Source of the DNA: Isurus oxyrinchus
Taxonomy: Eukaryota
Assembly (NCBI GenBank): GCA_026770705.1
Contig: JANJGN010000016.1
Coordinates: 87,048,001 to 87,112,000, forward strand
Direction of reading: 5' to 3'
DNA length: 64,000 nucleotides
Shown: positions 38,201-51,399 of the stretch, piece by piece
Numbering within the stretch: position 1 is the first letter of the stretch
Layout: every line of letters begins with the position of its first letter
The notes under the pieces: generated by a model
The model's input: only the letters and a program-made list of their open reading frames with translations
What the model was told of the DNA's origin: nothing
Database searches by the model: none
Made by a program: the position numbers and the translations under genes

Positions 38201-41200
38201 CCAGGTATGGGGGCGGTGGTTAATGTCGGGTTTGGTTGATGGCAGGTTTGGCGGGGTGGGTGTTGCAAGCAGTGAAGGGGTGATTGATGCCGGGGGTGGT
38301 GGGGAGCTAGGTGATGCCGGGGGTGGGGGGGTGGTGGGTGATGCCAAGGGTATTGCGGTGAGCGATGACGGGAGTGGGGTGTGTGGGTGATGCCAGTGTT
38401 GGGGGTGTGGGTGTTGCTGGGGGTGAGGGTGTGGGTGAAGTCTGGGGTGGGGATGGTGGGTGATGCCAGATTGGGTGATGCCAGGGTTGGTGGGGTGGCT
38501 GATGCTGGGGGTGGGACTGAGGGAACCGTGGGTGGGGGTTGGGTGGTGCCAGGGGCGAGGGAGTTGTTAATGCCGGAAGTGGGGGCCTGGGTGATACCAG
38601 GCGTGAGTTGGTGTGTGTTGCCGGGGTAGAGGGTGTGGGTGATGCCAGGGGTGGTGGTGTGGGTGATGCTGGGGTTGAGGGGTGTGATGATGTTGGGGGT
38701 GAGAGGGTGCGTGATGCAGTTGGTGGGGGGATGTGATGCCGAGAGTGGGGTGTGTGGGTGATGCCAGTATTGGGGGTGTGGGTGATGCTGGGAGTGGGGG
38801 TTGGTGGGTGATGCCGGGAGTGTGTGAGGCCGGTTGTGTAGGGTGTTTGGTGAAGCCAGTGGTGAGGCAGTGTGTGATGTTTGGGGTGGGGGTGGTGGGT
38901 GTTGCCTGGGGTGGGGTTGGGTGATACTGGGGGAGTGTGATGCCATTGGTTGGGGGGGTTGGTGATGCCAGAGTTGGGGGTGTCGGTGATGCCGGGGGTA
39001 CGGGGAATGGTGATGTCGGGTATTGGGGGGGGTGTGTAATGCTGGTGTTGAGGGGTTGGCTGATGCTGTGGATGTGGGGGTGAGTGATGCCAGGGGTGAT
39101 GTGTTGGGTGATACCAGGTATGGGGGTGGTGGGTAATGTCGGGTTTGGTTGATGGCAGGGTTGGGGGGATGGGTGTTGCAAGCAGTGAAGGGGTGTTTGA
39201 TGCCGGGGGTGGTGGGGAGTGTGATGCCGGGGGTGAGGGGGTGAGTGATACCGGGCTGGGGGTTTGAGTGATGCCGGTGGTGAGGGTGTGGGTGATGCCG
39301 TAGGAGGGGGTGCGGGTGATGCCAGGGGTGAGGGGGTGTGTGTTGCCGGGTATGGGGAGGTGGGTATTGTCGGGGGTGAGGTGTTCGTTCCTGCCGGCTG
39401 GGTGATGCCGGGGTTGATATGGTGTGTGATTCCGTGAGTGAGGGAGTGGGTGAAGCCGGGCTGGTTTTTGAGTGATGCCGGTGGTGAGGGTGTGGGTGAT
39501 GCCGGGGTTGGGGCTATGGGTGATGCCAGGGGTGGGGTTGTGGGTGATGCCGGGGTTGCGGGGTGTGATGGTGTCGGGGGTGAGAGGGTGCGTGATGCAG
39601 TTGTTGGGAGGATGTGATGCCAGGAGTGGGGTGTGTGGGTGATGCCAGTATTGGGGGTGTGGGTGAAGCTGGGGGTGGGGGGTGGTGGGTGATGCCAGAA
39701 GTGTATGAGGCTGGTGGTTTGGGGTGTTTGGTGAAGCCAGTGGTGAGGCTGTGTGTGATGTTTGGGGTAGGGGTGGTGGGTGTTGCCTGGGGTGGGGTTG
39801 GGTGATACTGGGGGAGGGTGATGCCATTGGTTGGGGGGGTTGGTGATGCCAGAGTTGGGGGTGTCGGTGATGCCGAGGGTACGGGGAATGGTGATGCCGG
39901 GTATTGGGGGTGTGTGTAATGCCGGTGTTGTGGGGTTGGCTGATGCTGGGGGTGTGGGGGTGGGTGATGCCGGGGGTGGTTGGGTGTGTGATGCCAGGGG
40001 TGATGGGTTGGGTGATACCAGGTATGGGGGCAGTGGTTAATGTCGGGTTTGGTTGATGGCAGGGTTGGCGGGATGGGTGTTGCAAGCAGTGAAGGGGTGT
40101 TTGATGCCGGGGTTGGTGGGGAGCTAGGTGATGCCGGGGGTGGGGGGGTGGTGGGTGATGTTGGGGGTGGGGGTGTGATTGATGCTGGGGTGGGGTGGTG
40201 GGTGATGCCAGGGGTGGGGGAGCGGGTAATGCCTGTGGAGGGGGTGAGGGTGGTGCCGGTGGTTGGGGTTGGGAGATGCCCTGGGTCGGGGACCTGGATA
40301 ATGCCGTGGGTGGGGAGCTGGGTGATGCCGGGTGTGGAGGGTGGTGGGTGATGCCGAGGGTGTTGCGGTGGGTGATGATGGTATTGGGGTGTGTGGGTGA
40401 TGCCAGTGTTGGGTTTGTGGGTGTTGCTGGGGGTGAAGGTGTGGTTGAAACAATGGGAGGGGATGGTGGGTGATGACCGGGGTAGGGGGTGTGGGTGATG
40501 CCGGGGTGGGTGATGCCAGGGTTGGTAGGGTGGCTGATGCTGGGGGTGGAGCTGAGGGAACCATGGGTGGGAGTTGGGTGATGCCAGGGGTGAGGGAGTT
40601 GTTAATGCCGGAATTGAGGGTGTGGGTAATGCCGGGGATGGGGGAATGGGTGATACCGGGCGTGAGTGGGTGGGTGATGCCGGATTAGGGGGTGTGGGTG
40701 ATGCTGGGTGTGGGTGAATAGGTGCGGCTGAGGGTTGGGGGGTGGGTGATGCCAGGGTTGGGGCAAAAGGTAATGCTGGTGGTGGGGTGGGTGGGTGTTG
40801 CCGGGGGTGAGAAGGTGGGTGTTGCTGGGGTTGGGGTTGATAGGTGATGCCGGGGGTATGGGTGGGTGAGTGATGCCGGGGGTCGGCGATGCCATAGCTG
40901 GCATGGGTGTTTGGTGAAGCCAGGGGTGAGATGTGTGATGTTGGGGGTGGGGGTGTTGGGTGCTGCATGGGGTGAGGGGGTGGGTCGTGCCATGGTTGGA
41001 TGGGTGTTTAATGTCAGGGATGGGGGGTTGGGTGATGCCTGGGGTGACGCGGTGGGTGATGCCGGGGGTGGGGGTAGTGGTGATGGCGGGTATGGGGGAG
41101 TGGGTAATGCCTTATTTTGTGGTTGGGTGATGCTGGGGGTGTAGGTGTGGATGATGCCGGGGATGGTGGTGTGTGTGATGCCGGGGTTGATGGGGTGGGT

Positions 41201-44200
41201 GATACCAGGTATGGGGGTTTGGGCAATGTCGGGGGTGGGTGATAGCAGGGTTGGGGATGTGGGTGTTGCTGGGCTTGTGGCCATGGGTGATGCATGGTTT
41301 AGGGGGGTGGGTGTTGCCGGGGGCGGGGGAATAGGTGATGCTGTGGTTGGGGGGTGGGAAATGACGGAGGTGTGGGGGTTTTTGATGCCAGGGATGGGGG
41401 GCTGGGTGATGCTGCTGATGGGGGAGTGAGTAATGCCAGAGGTGCGGGTATGGCTGATGCCAGTGGTTGGGGTTGGGTGATGCCGGGGGAAGGCGACTGG
41501 ATAATGCCGTGGGTGAGGGGCTAGGTGATGCCGGGTGTGGGGGCTGGGTGATGCCGGGGTTGGGCTGGTGGGTGATGCCAGGAGTGAGGGGGTGGGTGGA
41601 TGGGTTGGGGGGATGGGTGTTGCAAGCAGTGAATGGGTGGGTGAGGCTGGGGGTGAGGGTTTTGGTGTTGCTAGGGGTGGGTGATGCCGGGGGTGGTGGG
41701 GTGAATGATTCTGGGAGTGAGGGGGTGTTTGATGCTGGGCTGGGGGTTTGAGTGATGCCAGTGGTGAGGGTGTGGGTGATGCCGGGTGTGGGGCTGTGGG
41801 TGATGCCAGGGTTGAGAGGAAGTGGTGGTGTCGGGGGTGAGAGGGTGGGTGATCCCGGGGGTGGGGGTGGCGGATGATGCCCAGGGTAGGGGGTTGGGTG
41901 ATGCCAGGGGTGGGTGATGCCAGGCTTGGGGGCTGTGGCTGATGCTGGGGGTGGGGGTGAGGGAACCATGGGTGGGGGTTCGGTGATGCCAAGTAGTGAT
42001 GGAGTTGTTAATGCCGGACGTGGGGGTGTGGGTGATGCCGGTGGTTGGGGTTGGGTGATGCCATGGGTGGTCGCCTGGATAATGCCATGGGTGGGGGGCT
42101 AGGTGTTGCCGGGTGTGGGGACGGGGTGGGTGATGTCGAAGGTGGTGCGGTGTGTGATGCCGGGAGTGGAGTGTGTGGGTGATTCCCGGGGTAGGGGGGG
42201 TGGGTGATGCCGGGAGTGGGTGATGCCAGGGTTGGGGTGGGGGTGGTTGATGCTGGGGGTGGGGGTGAGGGGACCATGTGTGGAGATTGTGTGCTGCCAA
42301 GGGGTGATGGAGTTGTTAATGCCGGAAGTGGGGGTGTGGGTGATGCCGGGTGTGAGGGAATAGGTGAGGCTGAGGGTTGGGGAGTGGGTGATGACGGGGG
42401 TGAGGGGGTGGTTGATTTTGGGGTTGTGGGCATGGGTGATGCTTGACGTAGGGAGTGCGTGATGCCGGGGTGGGGGCGTGGTTGATGCCGAGGGTGGGGG
42501 TGTTGGTGATGCGGGGGTGGTGGGTGAGGGACCCGTGGGTGGGGTGTTGTGTGATGCTGGGGGTGATGGAGTGGGTAATGCCAGAAGTGGGGGTGTGGGT
42601 GATGCTGGGCATGAGGTGGTGCTGGGATAGTGGGTGTGGGTGGTGCCAGGAGTGGGGGTGGAGGTGGGGGTTTTGGGTGATGCCGGTGGTGGTGGGGAGG
42701 GCGATGCCAGTGTGGGGGGTGTGGGTATTGCTGGGGGTGAGAAGGTGGGTGTTGCCTGGGTTGGGGTTGATAGGCGATGCCGAGGATAAGGGGGTGGGTG
42801 ATGCCGGGGGTCAGCGATGCCACGGTTGGATTTGGCTGATGCTGGGGATGGGGGCGTGGGGGATGCTGGGAGTGGGGGAGTTGGTGATGCCGGTGGGGTG
42901 GGGTGTTTGGTGAAGCCAGCGGTGAGGAGGTGTGTGATGTTGGGGGTGGGGAAGGTTGGTGCTGCCTGTGGTGAGGGGGTGGGTGATACTGGGGGTGGGT
43001 GATGCCATTGGTTTGGGGGGGTTGATGATGCCAGATTTCGGGGTGTCGGGTCAGGTATGGGGGGGTGTGTAATGCCGGTGTTGAGTGGCTGGCTGATGCT
43101 GGGGGTGTGGGGGTGGGTGATGCCGGTGTGATAGGGTGGGTGATACCAGGTATGGGGGGGGGGGGGTTGGGTAATGACAGGGGAGGGTGATGGCAGAGTT
43201 GGGGGGGTGGGTGATGCTGTGGGTGGGGGTGCTGGGTGATGCTGGGTGTGAGGGGTTTGGTGCTGCCTGGAGTGAAGCGGTGGATGATGCCGTGGGTAGT
43301 GGTGTTGTTGGGTGATGCCGGGGGTGGGGGGACTGTGGTTGATGCAGGGGATGGGGGGGTGTGTGATGCCGGGGGTGGTGGTGGTGGTTTATGCCGGGTT
43401 TGGGCGTGTGAGTGATGCCGGGGGTGGGGGTGGGGGTGGGGGTGTGGATGATTCTGGTGGTTCGTGTGCTGGGTGATGCCGGGGGTGGGCGAATGGGTGT
43501 TGCCGGGGATGGATGTGTGGTTGATGTCGAGGATTGGGGTGGATGGGTAAAGCCAGGGATAATGTGGGGGGGGCGATGCCAGGGGTAAGAGGGTGGGTGA
43601 TGCATGGAGGAGGGGGGTGGATGATGCCAGGGTTGGGGAAGTGGGTGATGCTGGGTGTGGCGGGGTTGGATGATGTCGGGGTTGTGGACTTGGGTGATGC
43701 CTGGGGTAAGGGGGTGGGTGATGCTGGGGGTGGGGGAAGAGGTGATGCCGGGTGTGGGGACGGGGGTTGGTTGATGCCAGTGGTGAGGGGTTGAGTGATG
43801 CCGGTGTTATGGGTGTGGGTGATGCCTGGGGTAGGGGGTGGGTGATGCCAGGGATGGGGGGCTGGGTGATGCCAGGGGTGGGGGGGGCGTGATAGTTTTG
43901 GGGGTGAAAGGGTGGGTGATGCTGGGGGTGGGGGGTGGGTGATGCCAGGGGTGAGGGGGTGGCTGATGCCGGGGGTGAAGAAGTGGGTGATGCTGGGGTT
44001 TGGAGTATTGGGGTGATGCCAGGGGTAAGGCGGTGAGTGATGCCGGGTATGGGGGAGTGGGTAATGTCGGTGGTGAGGGTTTGGTTGCTGCCGAGGGTGA
44101 AGGGGTGGGTGATGCTGGGGGTGGTGGGGTGTGTGATGCCGGTGCTGAGGGTGTGGTTAATGCCAGGGTTGGGGGTGTGGTTGATACCGGGGGTGTGAGT

Positions 44201-47200
44201 GTGAGTGATGCCGGTGTTGGGGGGGTGGGGGTGCTAGTGTCGGGGTTGAGAGGGTGGGTGATGCCGGGGGTGGGAAGGGTGATGCCGGGGATTGGAATGG
44301 GGGGTGATGCCGGGGGTGAGGTGGTGGGTGATGCCAGGGGTGAGGGGGTGTGATACCGGGTATGGGGGGGTGGGTATTGTCAGGTGTGAGGGGTTGGGTG
44401 TTGCCGGGGTTGGTGGCGTGTTTGATGCCGGGTGTGTGGGGGTTGGTGATGCCATGGGTGGTAGGGTGGGTGATTCCAGGAGTGAGAGGGTGGGTGATGC
44501 CGGGCTGGGGGTTTGAGTGATACCGGGGGTGAATTTGCAGGTGATGCCGGGGGTGGGGGTGTGGGTGATGCCATGGTTGGGTGGGTGGTCAATGACGGGG
44601 TTGGGGGTGGGGGTTGTGGGTGTTGCCAGGGGTGGTGGGGTGGGTGATGCCGGGAGTGGGGTGGTGGGCATGCCAATTTTGGTTGTGTAGTTGGTGCTGG
44701 GACTGAGGGGTGGTTGACGCCGTGGGTGGGGGTGATAGGTGATGCTGGGGTTGGGTGTGGGGGTTGTGGGTGTTGCCGGGGGTTGGGGGGGGGGTGGGTG
44801 ATGCCGGGGGTCGGCGGTGCCACGGTTGGGGTTTGGGTGATGCTGGGGGTGGGGGGGTTCGTGATGCTGGGAGTGGGGGAGTTGGTGGTGTGGGGTGTTT
44901 GGTGAAGCCAGGGGTGAGGAGGTGTGTGATGTTGGGCGTGGGGGTGGTGGGTGTTGCCTGGGGTGGGCGGGTGGGTCGTGCCGGGGTTGGATGGGGTGTT
45001 GATGTCAGGGACGGGGGTGTTGGGTGATGCCAGGGGTGACGGTGTGGGTGATGCATGGGGTAAGGGGGTGGGTGATGCATGGGGTAGGGGGGTGGGTGAT
45101 GCATGGGGTAAGGGGATGGGTGATGCAGGAGGTAAGGGGGTGGGTGATGCCATGGGTGGGTGGGTGGGTGATGCCAGGAGTGAATGTTTTGTGATGCCGG
45201 TATGGGGGTTTGAGTGATGGCAGGGGTGAGAGGTGGTTGATGCCGTGGATGGGGGGGTTGGATGATGCCAGGGGTGGAGGTGGTGGATTATGCCAGGGGT
45301 GGGGGTGTGGGTGCTGCCGGGTGTGGTGGTAGGGGTGTGGCTAATGCTGGTGGTTCGGGTGGTGGGTGATGCCGGGGGTGGGCAAGTGGGTGGTGCCAGG
45401 GTTGGATGGGTGGTTGATGTCAGGATGGGGGTGGGTTGGGTGATGCCAGGGGTGAGAGTGGGGTGAAGCCGGGGTTAAGGGGATGGGTGATGCCGGGGTT
45501 GGGGAGGTGAGTGATGCCCGGTGTTGGGGGTGGTGGGTGGTGCCGGGGGTGAAGTGATGTGTGATGCCGGGGCTGAGGGGGTGGGTGATGCCGGGGGTGA
45601 GGATGTGGGTGATGCCAGGGTTGAGGGGGTGTGTGATGCCGGGTATGGGGGGGGTGGGTAATGTCGGGGGTGAGGGTTTGGGTGCTGCCGGGGGTAAAGG
45701 TGTGGGTGATGCCGGCGGTGGTGGGGTGTGTGATGCCGGGGTGAGGGTAGAGTGATGCCGGGGGTAAGGGGGTGGGTGATGCCGGGGTTGGGGAGGTGAG
45801 TGATGCCAGGTATGGGGGGTGGTGGTTGGTGCCGGGGGTGATGTGATGTGTGATGCCAGGGCTGATGGTGTGGGTGATGCCGGGGGTGAGGTGGTGGGTG
45901 ATGCGAGGGGTGAGGGAGTGTGTGATGCTGGCGGTGGTGGGGTGTGTGATGCTGGAGGTGAGGGGCTGGGTGATGCCATGTGTGGTAGGGTGGGTGATTT
46001 GGGGAGTGAGAGGGTGGGTGATGCCGGTCTGGGTGTTTGAGTGATGCCAGTGGTGAGGGTGTGGGCGATGCCAGAGGTGGGGCTGTGGGTGATGCCGGTG
46101 TTGGGGGTGGTGGTGTCGGGGTGAGAGGGTGGGTGATGCCGTGGGTGGGAGGTGATGCCGGGTGTGTGGGGGTGGGTGATGCCGGGGATGAGGATGTGGG
46201 TGATGCCAGGGGGTGGGGGAGTGGTGATGCTGGGATTGTGGGGGTGGTTGATGCCGGTGGTGGGTGGATGGGTGATGCCGGGAGTGAGAGTTTGTGTGAT
46301 GCCGGGGTGGGGGTTTGAGTGATGCCTGGGGTGAGGGGGTGGTTGATGCCGGGGATGGGGAGGTGGGTGATGCCGGGGTTGTGGGCATGGGTGATGCCTG
46401 GGGTAAGGGGGTGGGTGATGCCGTTGATGTGATAGTGGATGATGCCGGGGGGTGGCGGAATAGGTGATGCCGGATGTAGGGGTGGTGCGTGATGCCGGGG
46501 GTGAAGGGGTGAGTGGTGCCGGTGTTGTGGGCGTGGGCGATGACTGGTGTAGGGGGGTGGGTGATGCCGGGGGTGAGGGGGTGGTTGATGCCGGGAATGG
46601 GGGGCTGGGTGATTCCAGGGGTAGGAGAGTGGGTAATTCCAGGGGTGTTGTGGTGGGTGATCCCGGGAGTGGGGTGTGTGGGTGATGCCAGTGTTGGGGG
46701 TGTGGGTGTTGCTGGGGGTGAGGGTGTGGGTGAAGCCAGGGGTGGGGTTGGTGGGTGATGCACGGGGTAGGGGGTGTGGGTGATGCCGGGGGTGGGTGAT
46801 GCCAGGGTTGATGGGGTGGCTGATGCTGGGGATGGGGCTGAGGGAACTGTGGGTGGGGGTTGGATGTTGCCAGTGGTGAGGGAGTTGTTAATGCCAGAAC
46901 TGGGGGGGTGGGTGATACCGGTCGTGAGTTGGTGTGTGATGCCGGGGGGTGGGGCAATAGGTAATGCTGGGGGTGGGGTGGGTGGGTGATGCTGGGAGAA
47001 GGGGGTGTGGGTGTTGCTGGCAGTGAGGGGGTGGGTGATGCTGAGGGTGGGGCAATAGGTAATGCCATGGGTGTGGTGGGGGTGATGCCTGGGGTAGGGG
47101 GTGGGTGATGCCGAGGGATTGGGCGTGGTTGATGCCGCGGGTGGGGGTGTTGGTGATGCCAGGGGTGGTGGGTGAGGGACCCGTGGGTGGGGGTTTGTTT

Positions 47201-50200
47201 GATGCCGGGTTTGATGGAGTGGGTAATGCCAGAGGTGGGGCGTTGGGTGATGCCTGGGGTGGATGGGTGGGTGATCCCGGGCATGAGGGTTTGAGTGGTA
47301 CAGGGGTAGGTGGTGTGGATGGTGCCAGGAATGGGGGAGGGGGTGGGGGTTTTGGGTGATGCCAGTGGTGTTGGGGTGGGTGATGCCAGTGTTGGGGGTG
47401 TGGGTGTTGCTGGGGATGAGAGGGTGTGCGATGCCGGGGCTGGGGGTGGTGGGTGATGCTGGGTGTAGGGTGGTGGGTGATGCCGGGATTGTGTGATGCC
47501 AGGGTTGGTGGGGTGAATGATGCCGGGTGTAGGGGGGTGGGTGATGCCGGGGTTGTGTGATGCCAGGGTTGGTGGGGTGGGTGATGACGGGTGTGGGGGT
47601 GTGGGTTGTGGGTGATGCCGGTGGTGGTGGTGTGGATGATTCTGGGAGAAGGAATGGTGGGTGATGCCGGGAGTGGGTGATGGCAGTGTTTTGGGGGGTG
47701 GGTGATGCTGGGGGTGGGGGGGGATTTATGATGCCGGGAGTGGGGTGGTGGGTGATGCTGAGGTTGAGGGGGTATGTGATGCTGGGGTTGGGTGTGGTGG
47801 GTTTTGCCGGAGGTGGAGGGTTGGTGATGTCGGGGGTGGAGCGATGGGTTATGCCGGGGGTGGGTGATGCTTGGGGTAAGGGGGGGTGATGCCGGGGTGG
47901 GGGGGTGGGTGATGCCGGGGTTGAGGAGGTGGGTGATGCTGGGTTTGTGGGCGTGGGTGTTGCCTGGTGTAGGGGGTGGGTGATGCCGTGGGTGGGGGTT
48001 TTGGTGATGCCAGGCATGGTGGGTGAGGGGCCCGTGGGTGGGGGGAGTGATGCCAGGGGTGAGGGGATGAATGATGCCGGTGTTGTGGGCATGGGTGATG
48101 CTTGGGGTAGGGGGGTGGGTGATGCCAGATGTGGGGGGGTGGTTGATGCCGGTGTTGTGAGGTGGGTGTTGCCTGGTGTAGGGTGTGGGTAATGCTGGGG
48201 TGAGGGGGTGGTTGATGCCAGGGGTGAGGTGGTGTGTGATGCCAGGTATGGGGTGGTGGGTAAAGTCGGGGGTGCAGGGTTGGGTGATGCCAGGGACAGT
48301 GGGGGGTGTGATGCCGGGAGTGAGGGGCTGGGTGATGCTGGGGTGGGGGTTTGAGTGATGTCAGGGGTGATGGGGTGGATGATGCCGTGTTTTGGGGGGT
48401 GGGTGGGTGATGCCGGGGGTGGGGGCGTGTGTGATGCCGGGGGTGAGGGTGTGGGTGATGCTGGGGCTGAGATGGCGGGTGATGCTGTGGGTGGTTGATG
48501 CCAGGTTTAGGGGGGTGGCTGATGCTGGGTGTGGGGTTGAGGGAACTATGGATGGGGGTTGGGTGATGCAGGGTTGAGGGAGTTTTTAATGCCGGAAGAG
48601 GGGGAGTGGGTGATGCCGTGGGTGGGGTTGTGGGTGATGCCGGGCGTGAGGGGGCGGGTGATGCTGGAGTAGGGGGTGTGGGTGAAGCCGGGAGTGGGGG
48701 TGGGTGTTGTGGGTGATGCCGGGGTTCAGGGCTTGACCGATGCCGGGGGTGTAGGCGGTGGGTGATGCCGGGGTTGTGGGCGTGGGTGATGCTTGGGGTA
48801 GGGGTTGGGTGATGCCAGGGGTGGGGCAATAGGTTATGCCGGGGGTGGGGTGTGTGGGTGATGCCAGGGGTGGGGGCGTGGTTGATGCCGAGGGTGGGTG
48901 TGTTGGTGATACCAGGGGTGATGGAGTGGGTAATGCCGGAGATGGGGTGTTGGGTGATGCCGGTGGTTGGGGTTGGGTGATGCCATGGGTAGGGAGCTTG
49001 GTGATGCCGGGTGTGGGGGGGTGGTGGGTGATGCCGAAGGTGGTACGGGGGTGATGTCAGGAGTGGGGTGTGTGGGTGATGCCAGTGTTGGGGGGTGGGT
49101 GTTGCTGGGGGTGAGGGTGTGGGTGATGCCGGTGGTGGTGTTGTGGGTGATGCTGGGAGTGGGGGGGGGGGTGCGGTGGGTGATGCCAGTGTTGGGGATG
49201 TGGGTGTTGCTGGCGGTGAGGGGTGGGTGCTGCTAAGGGTGGGGGTGGTGGGTGATGCTGGGGTTCTGGGGTGTTGGGTGAAGCCCGGGGTGAGGGGTTA
49301 TTTGATGCCGTGGTTGGGGGTGGTGGGTGATGCCGGAGGTGGGGGGTGGGTGTTGCCGGGGGTGAATGATGCCAGAGGTTGGGGGGTTGGTGATGCTGGG
49401 GCTGTGGTGATGGGTCATGCAGGAGATGGGTGATGCCCGCGGTGGTGGGGGGGGGGGGGGGGGGGGGTGGTGGATGATGCCGGGGGTGGGGTGTATGGTG
49501 ATGCCGGGGCTGAGATGGTAGGTGATGCTGGGGGTGAGGCCGTGGGTGATGCCAGGGGTGAGGTGGTGTGTGATGCCAGGTATGGGGTGTTGGGTAATGT
49601 CGGGGGTGTGGGGTTGGGTGATGCCGGGGCGGTGGGGTGTGTGATGCCAGGAGTGAGTGGGTGGGTGATGCTGGGGTGGGGGTTTGACTGATGCCAGGGG
49701 TGGGGTCGTGGGCCATGCTGGGGTTGGAGGGGCAGGTGATGCCGGTTGTGAGGGGTGTTGTGATGCCGGTGTTGATAGTGTGGGTGGTGCTGGAGCTGAG
49801 ATGGTGGGTGAGGCCCGGCGTGGGTGGGTGATGCTCGTGTTGGGGGTGTAGGTGTTGCTGGGGGTGGCTGATGCCAAGTTTGGGTGGCTGATGCTGGGGG
49901 TGTGGGTGAGTAAACCGTGGGTGAGGGTTGGGTGATGCCAGTGGTGAGGGAGTTGTTATTGCCGGAAGTCGGGGGGGAGTGGGTGATACCGGGCATGAGG
50001 GGGTGGGTGATGCCGGAGTAGGGGTGCGGGTGATGCCGGGTGTGGGGAAATAGGTGAGGCCGGAGGTGAGGGGCTGGGTGATGCCGGGGGTGAGGGGGTG
50101 GGTGATGCCAGGGGTGGGGCAATAGGTTATGCTGGGGGTGGGGTGGATGGGTGATGCCAGGTTTGTGAGCGTGGGTGTTGCTTGGTGTCGGGGGTGGTGA

Positions 50201-51375
50201 TACCGGGGGTGAGGGGGTGAGTTATGCCGGTGTTGTGGGCGTGGGTGATGCCGGGGGTGGGCATGGGGTTGTGGGTGATGCCGGGTGTGAGGGGGTGGGT
50301 GATGCCGGAGTAGGGGGTGTGGGTGATGCCGGGAGTGGTGGTGGGTGTTGTGGGTGATGCCGGGGTTCAGGGTTTGGCTGATGCTGGGGATGTAGGGGGT
50401 GGTTGATGCCGGGTGTGGGGAAATAGGTGAGGCTGGGGGTGAGGGGCCGGGTGATGCCGGGGGTGAGGGGGTGGGTGATGCCGGTGTTGTGGGCATGGGT
50501 GATGCTTGGGGTAGGGGGTGGGTGATATCGGGGTTGGGGGAATAGGTGATGCCAGGGGTGGGGTGGGTGGGTGATGCAGGGGTTGAGGGGGTGGGTGATG
50601 CCGGGTTTGTGGGCATGGGTGTTGCCGGGGGTAGGGGGTGGAGACGTGGTTGATGCCAAGGGTTGGGGTGTTGGTGATGCCAGGGGTGGTGGGTGAGGGA
50701 TCCGTGGGTGGGGGTGTTGTGTGATGCCGGGGGTGATGGAGTGGGTAATGCCGGAGATGGGGTGTTGGATGTTGCCGTGTGTGAGGGGGTGGATTATGCC
50801 GGGGTAGGGGGTGTGAGTGTTGCCTGGGATGAGAAGGTGGGTCATGACGGGTCTGGGGGTGGTGGGTGATGCCAGGTTTAGGGGGGTGGTTGATGCCGGG
50901 AGTGGGTGATGCCAGGGTTGGTGGGGTGGGTGATGCCGGGAATGGGGGTGGATGTTGTGGGTGATGCCGGTGGTGGTGGGGTGGCTGATGCCAGGGATGG
51001 GATGGTGGGTAATGCCGAGGGTGAGGGGGTGGGTGATGCCGGGGGTTGGGGGTTGGGTGATGCCGGGGGTTGGGGGCTTGTTGATGCCGGGGGTGAGGGG
51101 CTGGGTGATGCCGGGGGTGAGGGGTGGGTGATGCCGGGGGTGAGGGGGTGGGTGATGCTGGAGGTGGGGTTTGGGTGATTCCGGTGTTGGGGGGGTGGGT
51201 GATGCCGGGTGTGAGGGGGTGGGTGATGCCGGGGGTTTGGGGGGGGTGGGTGATGCCGGGGGTGAGGGGGTGGGTGATGACGGGGGTGGGGAATGTGGGT
51301 GATGCCGGGGGTGGTGGGGTGGGTGATGCCGGGGGTGAAGGGGGTGGGTGATGACGGTGGTGGTGGGGTGGGTGG
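29207..51375 (+). repeat. Giant degenerate G-rich ~24-bp tandem array, right arm
   Basis: Same unit as the left arm (TGATG at 51034, 51058, 51082, 51106, 51129, 51153), with internal kb-scale duplications. Confidence 0.96.
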
Positions 51376-51399
51376 TCCTACCGGTGACCGTTAAGGCAG

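Noticed and set aside
21290-49467. Long poly-G tracts (21290-21307 and 49447-49467)
   Set aside because: Simple slippage of array G-runs; homopolymer lengths are unreliable in assemblies.
2408-51375. Frequent Chi-like octamers GCTGGTGG
   Set aside because: Expected by-product of the GATGCTGG core variant followed by TGG. Chi is a bacterial RecBCD signal with no established role here.
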